Both the position numbers and the translations under genes were made by a program. Under the pieces are notes generated by a model that worked only from the letters and a program-made list of their open reading frames with translations, ran no database searches and was not told where the DNA came from. Shown here one piece after another: positions 11,849-22,240 of a DNA stretch of 26,487 nucleotides. The number at the start of each line of letters is the position of its first letter. Within the stretch, counting starts at the first letter, position 1. This DNA is from Albugo candida (taxonomy: Eukaryota). Where the stretch lies: assembly GCA_040437565.1 (NCBI GenBank), contig JBDOQK010000019.1, forward strand, positions 496,001 through 522,487. Reading direction: 5' to 3'.

Positions 11849-13756
11849 ATGGTTCAAGTCGACATATCGACACAACCCAGGGTGCTAGCGTCCACTTGTA
11901 GTGACGTGGCAACCCTCATGGGTCACCCAGCTTTGGGTGATTGCATGATTGTTGATGAGTCATCACCCCTGTGTGATGACGTGGAGAGTACCCCCACCCC
12001 CAGTGTAACGGTACAGGTTAAAACCGGTACTACCGGTGTCGGATGTGGTACCGGTGGTACGTGCGGTACTGTCATTGCCTCGTCACAGGATGACCCAAAG
12101 GCAACTGCAAGTGTAGACGACACTAAAAGTCCCACTCTTGCTGACATTATCAAGTCACAGGAGTCCTTACGTAAGGACCAGGCTAGAGCTCGGGCGAAAT
12201 TTTGCGTGGAGCTCCAAAAGCCGAAAGCCTCGGATATCGAGGCTATACTGCAGCTAAATCCTGATGGGGAGCACCCGGATTGGTCAGTTTTTTTCTGCGA
12301 AATTAGAAGCAGCAAGACCTTTCCAAATCCGGAAAGCAACCTTCCCAATGGTCGTGGAGACGGGCCAGTCCTTGAACCGTACTCCAAATGGGAAAAATTT
12401 GACCTCCCTAATGCGAGACGACGGCAATCCGGTATTCGAAAGCCTACTGGAGAGCCGTTCCATCGCTCAGGTGTCCAAAATGCCTGGTGGAAACATCAGG
12501 GTGATGGTCACCACGGCGGATGCCTGCCAGCACTGGGAGTGTCAGCTGGTGACTATCCTTGGGGAACAGTATTTCTTCCGGGAGTTTGATACTCTGGAAG
12601 CAAAATACTACCTCGATGTCTTCGGTGGCGGCGTGGAGGAAGACCGGACCAACATTCTGCGCTCTCTTCACAAACTCGGGTGTCAGGTGGTGTACGACAC
12701 CTTTCGCGAGACGGTCCCCACTAAAGAAGTGGTGTTGTCAACTTGGAGAATTTATTTTGGCTCTTAGACATGCCCCAGCAGCTGGTTAGAGTTGATAAAG
12801 TGATTGAACAAATCGCTTACGACAAACAACTTTACCCATTAAGCGGAAAAATGCTCCCATTCTATCAGAACGACCACGTTGACCGAAACGTGGTCCTTAT
12901 TGCTGGGATTTGGGTGCTACATCAGCCACGGGAGCAGGGCAACACAAAAGGAAAACAATAATAAAAAAAAGCCAAAATCAATCTGCAACTCAGAATCACA
13001 ACAACTAAAAACAAAAAAGCAACAAAAANNNNNNNNNNNNNNNNNNNNNNNNNNNNNNNNNNNNNNNNNNNNNNNNNNNNNNNNNNNNNNNNNNNNNNNN
13101 NNNNNNNNNNNNNNNNNNNNNNNNNNNNGGACCAAATCATCCGGGCAGCATTAGATCATCCCATCACCATGCATGGGGTGCTTATTTCATGCATGGAGTC
13201 GAATGATCCTGCGTTGGACGAAGTAGCACATCTACTTCTCATCAATCGCGTTTTTGTAGCGCACAATCTCGGCGAAGATGTCACATTTACGACGCGATGG
13301 AGTCGCCACGTTGGTGGGAAAGCTCCCTCCAAGAGATCTGTCTTGTTCGAGAAAGTCATGTCGTGGTGGACGTCAGTGCCGGACATAGTTCTCAGGTTGA
13401 CTCGAGCAACCAAAGCACTCGCGTTTTTGGAACTCTTCTTGATGTGTACTGCTCCGACATTCTACAAAAACGATCACTGGATCCAATATCTCACCGATAG
13501 ACCAGTGATTTGGATTCCGGGTCATCATTGTCGTTTACTTCCAGCTAATTTGATCATACTGTTCTTACGCTCCGACGTGGGCATCAAGTGTTGGTCTCAA
13601 TGGTTTGGTGGTAAATGGCGAGGAATTCTCTGTGGTGACATCTCTGAGCTTTCAGTCCATCTTAGCTTTTTCACAGAAGAGAAAGCAACACTCCAACTCT
13701 CAAAAGAAGATGATGAAATGAGGTTGATTGGTGGTCCACTTCAGCGTGAATGGTAA
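11849..13756 (+). pseudogene. LINE ORF1 protein (frameshifted, spans gap 13029-13128)
   Basis: Consecutive overlapping ORF pieces 11849-12589, 12264-12767, 12743-12961 and 13169-13756 (...STWRIYFG...; DQIIRAALDHPITMHG...GGPLQREW*) sit immediately upstream of the APE-encoding ORF2. The assignment is mainly positional. Confidence 0.7.
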
Positions 13757-14059
13757 GGGCTCCTCGATTATTTTAACGTGGAACAGTATCTCAGCACTCA
13801 CGGTGAATGTGAATGGAATTCATAAAAGTGGTCATCTTTTTATTGAGCACATCCTATCACAACACTCCATTTGTTGTGTTCAAGAGACCAAGTTTCACGA
13901 TCACAACCAACTGGACTCCATTCAGTTTTTATTAACATCAAAAATGCAGCACAAAATGTTTGTCAATGATCGCAACAGTGCTTTTCTCCATCCGACTCAA
14001 AACCGCAGTGGCGGCGTCATGAGAATCCTTCGTTCGGACTTTCCCGGTTATACTGAACG

Positions 14060-14279
14060 GATTGGTGAACACATGCAATTGCTCCAATTTTTCATTCACC
14101 TTTTCCAATGATTCCATTTCATGAACGAGAGATGGCGGTGGTTGTACGTTCTCCTGAGCTACATCTTCGACTGTATTGGTGGGATAGGTCTCGCCGTCCA
14201 GGCTTGGCGCTAGTAAAACACCACTATCTGAAGCTTTGATGAATTTGTCTTCACAATGCTCGAAAAACTCCAGACGCAA
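14060..14279 (-). other. 220-bp foreign segment inserted in the APE domain, open on the minus strand
   Basis: APE homology stops after SDFPGY and resumes at SIRNRYLVLRL. GAACG occurs at both junctions (14055-14059, 14280-14284). The minus strand reads LEFFEHCEDKFIKASDSG...EKLEQLHVFTN without stops. Confidence 0.55.
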
Positions 14280-15417
14280 GAACGAAGCATTCGAAATCGC
14301 TATTTGGTTTTGCGTCTTATCATTAACGATGCACCGGTGTATATCCACATTTCTCTCCAACACTTTCGAATCGACCGCAACACATATGGTATTTATTCTG
14401 TGATTTCAACACACCACTCGATCCAGCTATCGATGCCTCGAGTGGAACAATTCGACACGAACCAAGTCGATTAGCGTGTTTGGAAAGGCTTTTACAGTTG
14501 GGTGTGGCAGACGCTTGGCGAATTCAATATCCGACTGAAAAAGTATTTTCAGGACCATTACCGCGCAAGAATCAGCTTGATTACATCTGCATGTCGGAAG
14601 AGCTATTCAATATGGTATGCAAAACCTCTGAGTATTTTCGTCCACGACATGCGGGAGATCATCTGGCACAGAAAGTAACTTTTACAAGTCCAACTCAATC
14701 TCCGGGACGAGGATATTGGAAATGTTCATTACGACTATTTGAATATCCTAAAGTTGTCGAAGCAATCAACTTGGAAGCGAATTTGGTGCTCGAACAGTTG
14801 CGGACAACTTCGAATACCGGCAAAATGTGGGGCAGTTGGAAAACGAAAATCAAGAAACAGCTTCAAAGCATTGAAAAAAAGATTGCACAAGATAGCCGAC
14901 GTGATGTTGAGTCTAGCCAGCGTGTTTTGGAAGTCGCAGCAGCTCGATATCGCATTCCCGATACCAAAGAGTCACGGTATTTTTACGAATCGAGTCTCGA
15001 GCATTTCAGAATTTCGATCGAAAACAATGCGAAATACAACCAAGATGAAAGCTTCGACCATCACATGAGGCATATGGAGAACTATTCCAAGCATATTTCG
15101 CCCTCCGGATAGTTCTTATCGTCGTGTGCCGATCGGAAATGTCATCAAAAAATATGGCACAGTGACAGCAAACCCGAGGGAGATTATTGACGAATTCAGA
15201 GATCATTGGGGTGGTGTCATGGGCTCTGTTTATAGCTCCGAGACCGACTCCGACTCAAATGCTCCATGTTAAAGAAAGCAAAAAAAGTTACTCGATTCGA
15301 TCCAAGTTTCCCTTTCCTCAGCAGAGCAAGACCGTCTCTTAACTCGCTTAAGTACGACCTAGATGGCGGAAGCGATAAAGCACATGCGGAGTAGTTCTTC
15401 TCCAGGTATGGATGGAC

Positions 15418-15673
15418 TGTTGAAGAAGGGTGTATTGTTTTCAAGTTACGCTATCGCACGATGCATGCTGGTAACGGCAAAGGATTACCGACGCGCTGGC
15501 CAGTTGATTCTAATGCGCGACTATACGATTAGTAATGCGCGGTGTAGAAAACTGTCAAGGTATAGTCGAAGAAAGCAGTAGGCTTAGAGTAGCAAGAGCG
15601 TCTGCGAACTAAGGACCTGAATATATATCAGTATTTGATTTGCTACCTGCTGAGCACAACGCATCTTTTAACA
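15418..15673. mobile_element. Solo LTR (256 bp, Copia-like termini) inserted in the LINE RT
   Basis: Starts TGTTGAAGA and ends TCTTTTAACA (TG...CA, short imperfect inverted termini). Perfect 5-bp TSD TGGAC at 15413-15417 and 15674-15678. Removing it restores ATG GAT GGA CTA CCA GCT GCA TTT TAT (MDGLPAAFY). Confidence 0.9.
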
Positions 15674-15907
15674 TGGACTACCAGCTGCATTTTATAAGAT
15701 CGATCCAGAAACGTTTGGCGAGTGTCTGAAGATCGTGTTCGAATATCAGCTGGAAAGAGGTATCTTACATCGATCACAACGTCACTCGGCAATGACCTTA
15801 TTGTACAAAAAAGGATCACGAGGTGATCCTGGCAACTGTTGACCGATCGCACTGCTTTGCGTCGATGTGGAAGTACTTTGAAAAGTGTTGGCGTATCGAT
15901 TGCAACG

Positions 15908-15983
15908 TTTTTTGCCAAAATTGATCCATCAAGATCAAAAAGCATTTTTTTGCCAAAATCGATCCATTAAGATCAAAAAGCAT
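15908..15983 (+). repeat. 38-bp tandem duplication frameshifting the LINE RT
   Basis: TTTTTTGCCAAAATTGATCCATCAAGATCAAAAAGCAT followed by TTTTTTGCCAAAATCGATCCATTAAGATCAAAAAGCAT (two C/T differences). Confidence 0.9.
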
Positions 15984-16721
15984 TTGTGCGAGGAAGGTCA
16001 ATGCATCATCATATTCGACATCTCACCGACATCCAAGACTTGGTCACTCATCGTGGGGAGGAAGCTTATGAAACGTTTTTTCGACTTTGAGAAAGCTTAT
16101 GATCGAGTCAATTGGACGTACATGTTTCGCGATCTGGAAAAAATGGGCGTTGGAAAAAGTTTTATCGACTGGGTTCGACTTTTGTACAATAACACAAAGG
16201 CGCAGTTGATGATTAATGGAAACATCACACCGTCCATTACACCACAACGTGGAGTGAAAAAAGGTGATCATCTCTCAGCATTACTTTTTCTGATGACGAT
16301 CGAACCTTTGGGAAATTTACTTCGACAACATGAAGAACATGGCATTTGGATTAATGGCACGACNNNNNNNNNNNNNNNNNNNNNNNNNNNNNNNNNNNNN
16401 NNNNNNNNNNNNNNNNNNNNNNNNNNNNNNNNNNNNNNNNNNNNNNNNNNNNNNNNNNNNNNNAAATGCTATGTGTCAAATGGAAATTGTCAGAAGTAAT
16501 AGCCTATCACAGATGGAACGTTCCATGTATTAGCCAATCACAAATAATTCTCGATTGGAGCTGCTGGAGCAACATTTTAGGGTGTGTATGGATGTAGTTA
16601 GCTAGAAATGTAAAAAAATCATGTATGTATTTTGCAAAACAAAAGTTGCGAGAGTAGTAATTCAACTAGGCATGTTGTAATTCAAAAAAAAGTTGTCGGG
16701 ATGTCAATACCCATTCATTTA

Positions 16722-16813
16722 GGATATTTAGGGGGTGTAACGATACCGGTGTTCTCAGTTAAGTTAACGGTGTGGCTATTGCTAAAGTGGGGTGTGGCTA
16801 TACTGGATTCCTC
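16722..16813. repeat. Outer part of the right TIR of the outer MULE, ending GGCTATACTGGATTCCTC
   Basis: GGATATTTAGGGGGTGTAACGATACCGGTGTTCTCAGTTAAGTTA...GTGGCTAT is the inverse of ~10174-10234. The terminal subrepeat matches 11551-11570. Confidence 0.82.
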
Positions 16814-17342
16814 GAAAAATTGTCGATATAGGGATGGCTACACATGGGAATAAAGCCATCATCATACATCTGGTGATGATGGGAACAAACCAAATGCAAG
16901 CAAAGAAAAGGGTCTAATTAGGTATTTTGTTTTTTATTGGTTTCTACCAGACCTATACTGCTGTATACAATAAAAACTGGCTTTCATAAAGTACATGAAG
17001 AATCAGAGAATTAGCTGACGGATGTTACAGGCGCAATAAATTACTTCGTGCGTGCTCGTATAAACACAGATGATAACCCTGTACGCAAGAGAACAAGCTT
17101 CATTTTCACCTATCAATCAACTCAATTCAGCAACCTCCATAATTAGAAGTAAGGAAGCTTTTCTCCACGTACATGATCTTTTCCCTTTCTAAGAGAACGG
17201 CGTGAAGCACTCTTCACAACTTCAGTGGTGGTAACAAACAGCTGGTTAGGATCACCTGGGCCGATTAGTTAAGTGTTTACAGAATTCTCTCTCAAATGTA
17301 GCGCGTCAAACTGTCGCGTGATGGATAGGGCAGTCGTTTATC

Positions 17343-17358
17343 TCACTTAATATTTTTC
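17343..17358 (+). promoter_or_regulatory. Oomycete INR+FPR core promoter of the trypsin-like gene
   Basis: TCACTTAATATTTTTC has one mismatch to YCAYTYY-NN-MWTTTNC and ends ~20 bp before ATG 17380. Confidence 0.55.
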
Positions 17359-17379
17359 CCTTTTCGGCTGAAGGGTATA

Positions 17380-18252
17380 ATGTTCACACGTCTATCAATC
17401 ATCGGCTATCTTCTCATCGGTAAAATCATTGACGTTTCTGGCTTCGTCAAGAATAGAAAATGTAGTGCTCCGAAATCAATCCGACGAACCTTTCCACCGG
17501 TTGGATCAATTATGCTACAGGTCGGTGCGGGGAAAAGACAACCTTTGTGTGCGGCGGCTCTTATCGACAAGAAACATGTGGTATCCAATGTTAACTGCCA
17601 TACTTCAATAATCGATATTGCACAGAAATCAAAAGTGCATGTGTATTTTTATATCAATTCTACGTCCTACATCTTGACAAGTGGAAGAAGCGTTGGTATT
17701 CCAGAAGGAGCTGCGAATGACAAATATGACGAGAATACTCAGCAGGGCGACTTTGTTATTTTTGAACTAGCGTATACCCTACACATACTACCAGCGCTAC
17801 TCTCTAATAGTCCACCAAAGCCTAACACAGAGTTTTTCGTAGTTGGTAGTGGGGCAACCGTGTCTGCCGATTTGGATAAACATTCAAGATATGTAACGGA
17901 TTGGGAGATCGGCACTTTGACCGTTCAAGATACAAGCACATGTGCAAGCTCATACCAATACAATCCTTATGATGGTGTACACCCTTTGTACAATAGAACG
18001 CACCTTATCTGCGCGTTATCAGAATGTATTTCTCCGTGTGACCGTGAAAATGGTATGCCGCTGTTGGATGTGATAAAAGTAAATTCTCAAGATCGTGTTG
18101 TGATTTTTGGCATTCTATCGTTCAAAGCGAACAAGTGCACCATTGGCTCAGCTGCGACTTTTGGGATTCCTTCCGCATACAAATCTTTTTTCACGGAAAC
18201 TGCACCGGGGAATATTTTTGTAGATGTTTGTCATGAGACCGGAAAGTGTTGA
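17380..18252 (+). CDS. Secreted trypsin/chymotrypsin-fold (S1) pseudo-protease, glucanase inhibitor protein (GIP)-like candidate effector, 290 aa
   Basis: Intact single ORF with a hydrophobic N-terminus (signal-peptide-like, ~21 aa). S1 motifs: LCAAALIDKKHVVSNVNC (cf. CGG.LI...VLTAAHC; His->Asn), GDFVIFEL (Asp kept), VVGSG (cf. GWG), ICA, CDRENGMPL (cf. CQGDSGGPL; Ser->Asn), VIFGILSF..C (cf. GIVSWG..C). Confidence 0.85.
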   Translation: MFTRLSIIGYLLIGKIIDVSGFVKNRKCSAPKSIRRTFPPVGSIMLQVGAGKRQPLCAAALIDKKHVVSNVNCHTSIIDIAQKSKVHVYFYINSTSYILTSGRSVGIPEGAANDKYDENTQQGDFVIFELAYTLHILPALLSNSPPKPNTEFFVVGSGATVSADLDKHSRYVTDWEIGTLTVQDTSTCASSYQYNPYDGVHPLYNRTHLICALSECISPCDRENGMPLLDVIKVNSQDRVVIFGILSFKANKCTIGSAATFGIPSAYKSFFTETAPGNIFVDVCHETGKC

Positions 18253-18499
18253 TGTTTTTGCTTGAATATGTGTGTTGGTCTGTGTGCTTGAATACATTTG
18301 TTGATCTTTGTGCTTATACATGTTAAGATTGTTGTTTCTACCTCTAGTGGAGAGGGCATCATCCATTGAATGCAAATAACACTTTCCCACTTGTACATTA
18401 GGATGAGAACAGCTGAACCATTCGTGAAACATGATCATCCGGTAAACGACGACGATGAGTCAACTTCTTGTGTATATGGCATGTGCCACGGATGGATGG

Positions 18500-19250
18500 T
18501 ATAGGAGCCGAAGCAGTACTCACACGAAGCTGATGTATCGTAATACGTCGCTGGGAACGGCCAAAGTTATAGACGCGATTGACACCAGCGGTGGATAGTC
18601 AAGTTACGCATCTGGAAAATTGAGGGATAGAAAAGATGGCATGTTTTGTGGTCGTGGTGAACGTACTCTGAACATGAGAATTGCTGACTCTCAACGTAGA
18701 TGTCGGCAACTTGGTGACGCTGTCCTTCTCTTCGGTCGACCAGCAACATATTTGAATATCTCCAAAACCATGGTGCTGTGTCGACATCGTGATGCTTGCG
18801 GTAATGCGGCCAGAATTGCGCGATTCTTTAGATCAGGAACACTTGCAATGCAGAAATTGTTAGATGGTTCTATCCATAAATACCTCTCGTCTAGTAGATG
18901 CAGTGATTTACGGTCCAAGTGCGAATGCTACTAGAGCTTGTGGATTTGTCGTGCAATACGCAAGTAGATTGAGTACGGGGCACGGGGACACCAGCAATTT
19001 AACAATACTCATGGCAGTGTTAGTCCACTTCCTTCGATACTTGCGCCTACATGTCATATTGCTCGGTTGTCGGGAGTAATATTGTAATGAGCCGGGGAAT
19101 TTTCCAACGCACCGAATCAACAAACCCTGCTAAGGCAATGCTAAGTGTACACGTATACCTGTAGTCTGATTCCTTCAAGCTAATCATACCATTTTGTCAA
19201 ATACAATCGCAGATCTATTCGACAAAGCGTTAGTGCACCATGCTTTCACA
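18500..19250 (+). mobile_element. Highly eroded Ty1/Copia pol (RT-RNase H) relic
   Basis: Fragments in the correct order: EPKQYSHEA (cf. EP.TY.EA), CRQLGDAVLLFGRP (cf. YR.LVG.L...RPD), AARIARFFRSGT (cf. AAKRILRYLKGT), ACGFVV (cf. TSGYVF), IADLFDKAL at 19206-19232 (cf. IADIFTKAL). Confidence 0.55.
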
Positions 19251-20249
19251 GCTGCTCCTTGCCCGTAAAGAAAACTGTGTGACCTCACAAATATCTACCT
19301 CACACTACAATTATCTTGATATCGTGCCGAACTTCCACTCTCATACCAATGGAATGCTTAGAAGTGTGTTGACCACGTGAAGCAAATTTGGATTCCGTCA
19401 TGTACTACATAAAGTGTGATCCCAAAAAAAGGTACGACAATCCTGCTGCTTATAAATTATCAAGAGACGTCATGGAATGAAGTACAACGTAGGACCGCAT
19501 CACAAAACTCCCTACAAATCCTTGTTCTTGACTGATCGTTGTCGCGTATACGACCGCTACTTCATCTAGCATATTACCAGTACTGACTCGATACAAAATA
19601 CCAATGTTTGCTCAAAGTTCGCGACAGAAGTCGATCTCTCTTCATTGTTACGGCTAAACACGTTTTCAAGTCCGGCAGAATGCTCGTATATAGCTGCATG
19701 ATCTGATTCATCTACATTAATCCTTGATGCATCCTCGGAGCTATTTATGCACGCAGCTGGATTGATACAATGCCTTGCAACAGAAAATAATGTCGGACAC
19801 TGCTGTGTGTGAACCATACTCACTGGGCCACATTTTATATTCATTTGAGAAAATTGGGGTCTTACCGGTACAGCATCTTAAGGATCATCAGCAGCATTTT
19901 AGCTGTGACATTGAATTCTGGGAATGGGATTCGTATATTTACTTCCGTCTGGACTTTGTGGTTAACCGAATGGATATCTCAGGCAGAACCACTGGGAGGC
20001 ATGTTGGCTATCTCCCTCGGAGTCTTCAAATTTGAGCGTTCGTTCGATCGGCGCATGATGTGTTCAAATAGCCACTGGGCTGTCGTGATGTGCTACCGGA
20101 GAGCTACAATATGAGAAAATTCATACCATCCATATTGCCTGTACGTGAGGAACAAAGGATTTTAAGAACGCGGTGGAGTCGTCGCCAATGGCAGGAGTTG
20201 ACTAGAGTAAGTCCTAGTTCCGTCAAATCAAATCCGTGGAGGGAAATCC

Positions 20250-22240
20250 TGGCTTTTGGTTACGTCTGAATAGTTCTTGTCTGATATGATGGTGTGCAGC
20301 AGCTTAACGTACGCTTTTGGTGAAGGATTTTCATTCAAAACGGTGCTGAGCTATGTGGGCGAAAAAAAAAACTGAGGAGGACTCGAGCTGGACATTTGAC
20401 GATTGGACGTCTGGAGAGGACCGTTGGGAGACATGTTAGTGTTCCTCCTAGGAAGGTAAGAGTCCGGGAGGGGTGTGGATCATCATGGTTGTGCTTGGAT
20501 TCGTTCTAGGCGGCGAAAATTGTGCCCGAAAAGGCTTCTTGGGGCTGTCGCGATTTGCTGTCGAAGAGGTAGTCTGATACTTTGCAAATGTGCCCTGCTG
20601 CCGCTATGAGCAGGATAATGCATACAGAGAACGCGGCGGTGATAAAAGGATTTGGGTTGGCTAAGAACTCAATGCCCATGTACCGCATTTGTAGAGCTCG
20701 ATTGGCATAATAAACATGTTACAGAGATGGACTCTTAGGTCCACAGAGAAACGAATCCATCGTTTCCAGAATTCACAGACGCTCGATTTACCTTCTTTTT
20801 TCCGTTATGCTATTCCTCATGGTCGCGAAGGAAGCGTGCCTAACTTTGGAGTGCGATGCCACTAAATATCCTTGAATCTAAAATTTTTTGCCAGTGCAGC
20901 CTGGCCACATCAATGCAAAGAGACCATCTGGCAAATGTTGTTTGAGCACTGACAAAATTTGTATCAAAGGTAACTGCTTGAAAATGAACAAAGTTGACAT
21001 AATCGGCACAGATAATTGCATTGTAATGCTTCATAATCGCGTTAAGCGAAGTGCATAGGCTACGGAGCGCCACTTCGAAATTATAGAATAAGATACAGTG
21101 AATCATCTTGTGGGGTCATCTTGGAGGGTGACGGTTGTAACTAAAAAAGCTGAAAATGTCCGGGTCCCAAAGCGGAGCTGGAGTATAGTTTTGGCGAGAA
21201 GTGCTTGAATGAAATCGACTTGGTGCTGAGAGAGGGAAGAGCCTGACACTGCTATAAGTTAAATCTGTCGATGCTGTCAGATGCCTTGCTCAGATCAATA
21301 GCCGGTATGTGCATAGTGCGTTGATTTTCGCAAATGAACGCCACACTCCATTCATGGGCCCATACTGAGTCGACCACACTCCTGGTGCGTGTAAATCCAT
21401 TCTAATTGGTCATAACCAAGATATTACTCTAGATTTGCTTACGCGTGAACGTTGCTTCATTCTGAAGAGGCAAGCTGCATCTGCACCATATATGCCTCAG
21501 CGAGAAGCTTGGGATCGAGGCATGAGGATTTGTCAGCTGCTGCAGTGATCCAACTGAGTACGGCGGGCCACAATGTTGTCGGGGAGTGCAGAAAGCTATG
21601 CATCGATGTGGTCTTGTAGAAGTTTATTTACGTCGTCGTCCTTAAAAAGGAAGCGGTCAAACTCCAGCGTCGTTATGTTGCGGGAATGTACTTTCAGAAG
21701 AATCTTATTGACATTAGGAATCCAAAGGGAAGTTGACACTATTCTGTGGTCGCTATCAAACGTATGTACCGGGTGCTACTGAAAATTCATGAATNNNNNN
21801 NNNNNNNNNNNNNNNNNNNNNNNNNNNNNNNNNNNNNNNNNNNNNNNNNNNNNNNNNNNNNNNNNNNNNNNNNNNNNNNNNNNNNNNNNNNNNNACTCTT
21901 CCTTTTCTGCCAATAGTGTGCTTGGGTGGGGGTCATACACGTTGATAAATGTGGTCTGGATTGAGCGGCAGATTTTGATCTGGAGTATAACAAATCGATC
22001 ACTGAGTGCCAAATAGCGGTGCATGGAAGAAATAATTTCGTGCGAGATGGTGGACCCAGGACCATAACGCGGATTCCAACATAATATAATATTATCATAG
22101 TGGCATCGGTCGTGTGTATTTATAGATAGTGCCTCAATTTCGTGGGCAGATGTCACGCGTATATCTTTTTTGGTATGTAAGTAAGTGATGGTACTTGAGC
22201 TGTGATGTTTGGTCATGGACGTTGAAAATGACTATCCTTA
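20250..22240 (-). mobile_element. Degenerate RTE-clade-like LINE (APE + RT + RTE-type C-terminus)
   Basis: Minus-strand APE: LSDRFVIL..FINVYDPH (21943-21929), FDSDHRIV (SDH 21754-21746). RT: NGFTRTRSVVDSVWAH, IDLSKASDSIDR (21299-21264), ILF..FEVALRSL, IICADYV (decayed YADD). Post-RT: FIMPIELYKCGTWAL (~20670-20715), SFYHRRVL..HYP, LFGH, TCLPTVL. Both ends are approximate. Confidence 0.8.

Larger units (their letters stand above)
11687..16363 (+). mobile_element. L1/Tx1-like non-LTR retrotransposon (ORF1 + APE-RT ORF2), degenerate, 3' end lost in gap
   Basis: 5' UTR with core promoter, a long ORF1, then ORF2 with APE and RT motifs running into gap 16364-16463. The 5' boundary is inferred from the end of TIR homology. 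Confidence 0.88.
13750..16363 (+). pseudogene. LINE ORF2: apurinic-like endonuclease + reverse transcriptase, disrupted
   Basis: APE motifs: TVNVNG, CVQETK, SGGV, DFNTPLD, DAWR, LDYI, AGDH. L1-type linker GRGYWKC. RT motifs: SPGMDGL/PAAFYK, LLYKKG..DPGN..PIALL, QKAFVRGR, DFEKAYDRVNW, RGVKKGDHLSALLF. ATG 13750 overlaps the ORF1 stop. Multiple stops, frameshifts and insertions. Confidence 0.92.
11651..16712. mobile_element. Inner TIR element (Mutator-type, no transposase seen) with ~36-bp TIRs and 9-bp TSD, carrying a LINE
   Basis: Left TIR 11651-11686 is GGGTATTGATATCCCGACAACTTTTTTTTGATTACA. Right TIR 16676-16712 is TGTAATTCAAAAAAAAGTTGTCGGGATGTCAATACCC (1 substitution, 1 indel). Flanks are ATTTATTTA (11642-11650) and ATTCATTTA (16713-16721). 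G...C termini with a 9-bp TSD are typical of the Mutator superfamily. Confidence 0.88.
10173..16813 (-). mobile_element. Mutator/MULE DNA transposon (outer element), internally deleted, with right TIR interrupted by a 5-kb nested insertion
   Basis: The reverse complement of 10173-10316 aligns colinearly with 11569-11650 joined to 16722-16779 once 11651-16712 and one TSD copy are removed. MULE transposase remnants lie between the TIRs. No outer TSD was found, and the left end seems to lack the outermost ~35 bp. Confidence 0.88.

Noticed and set aside
16856-16882. 9-bp hairpin CCATCATCA-N9-TGATGATGG
   Set aside because: Low-complexity stem with no nearby CTRR end to support a Helitron terminus; plausibly chance.
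18400-20200. Apparent second minus-strand LINE (CEYC..H..C knuckle at ~18513, QQCPTLF at ~19790)
   Set aside because: 18500-19250 is better explained by ordered plus-strand Copia motifs. The remaining matches are isolated and unconvincing.
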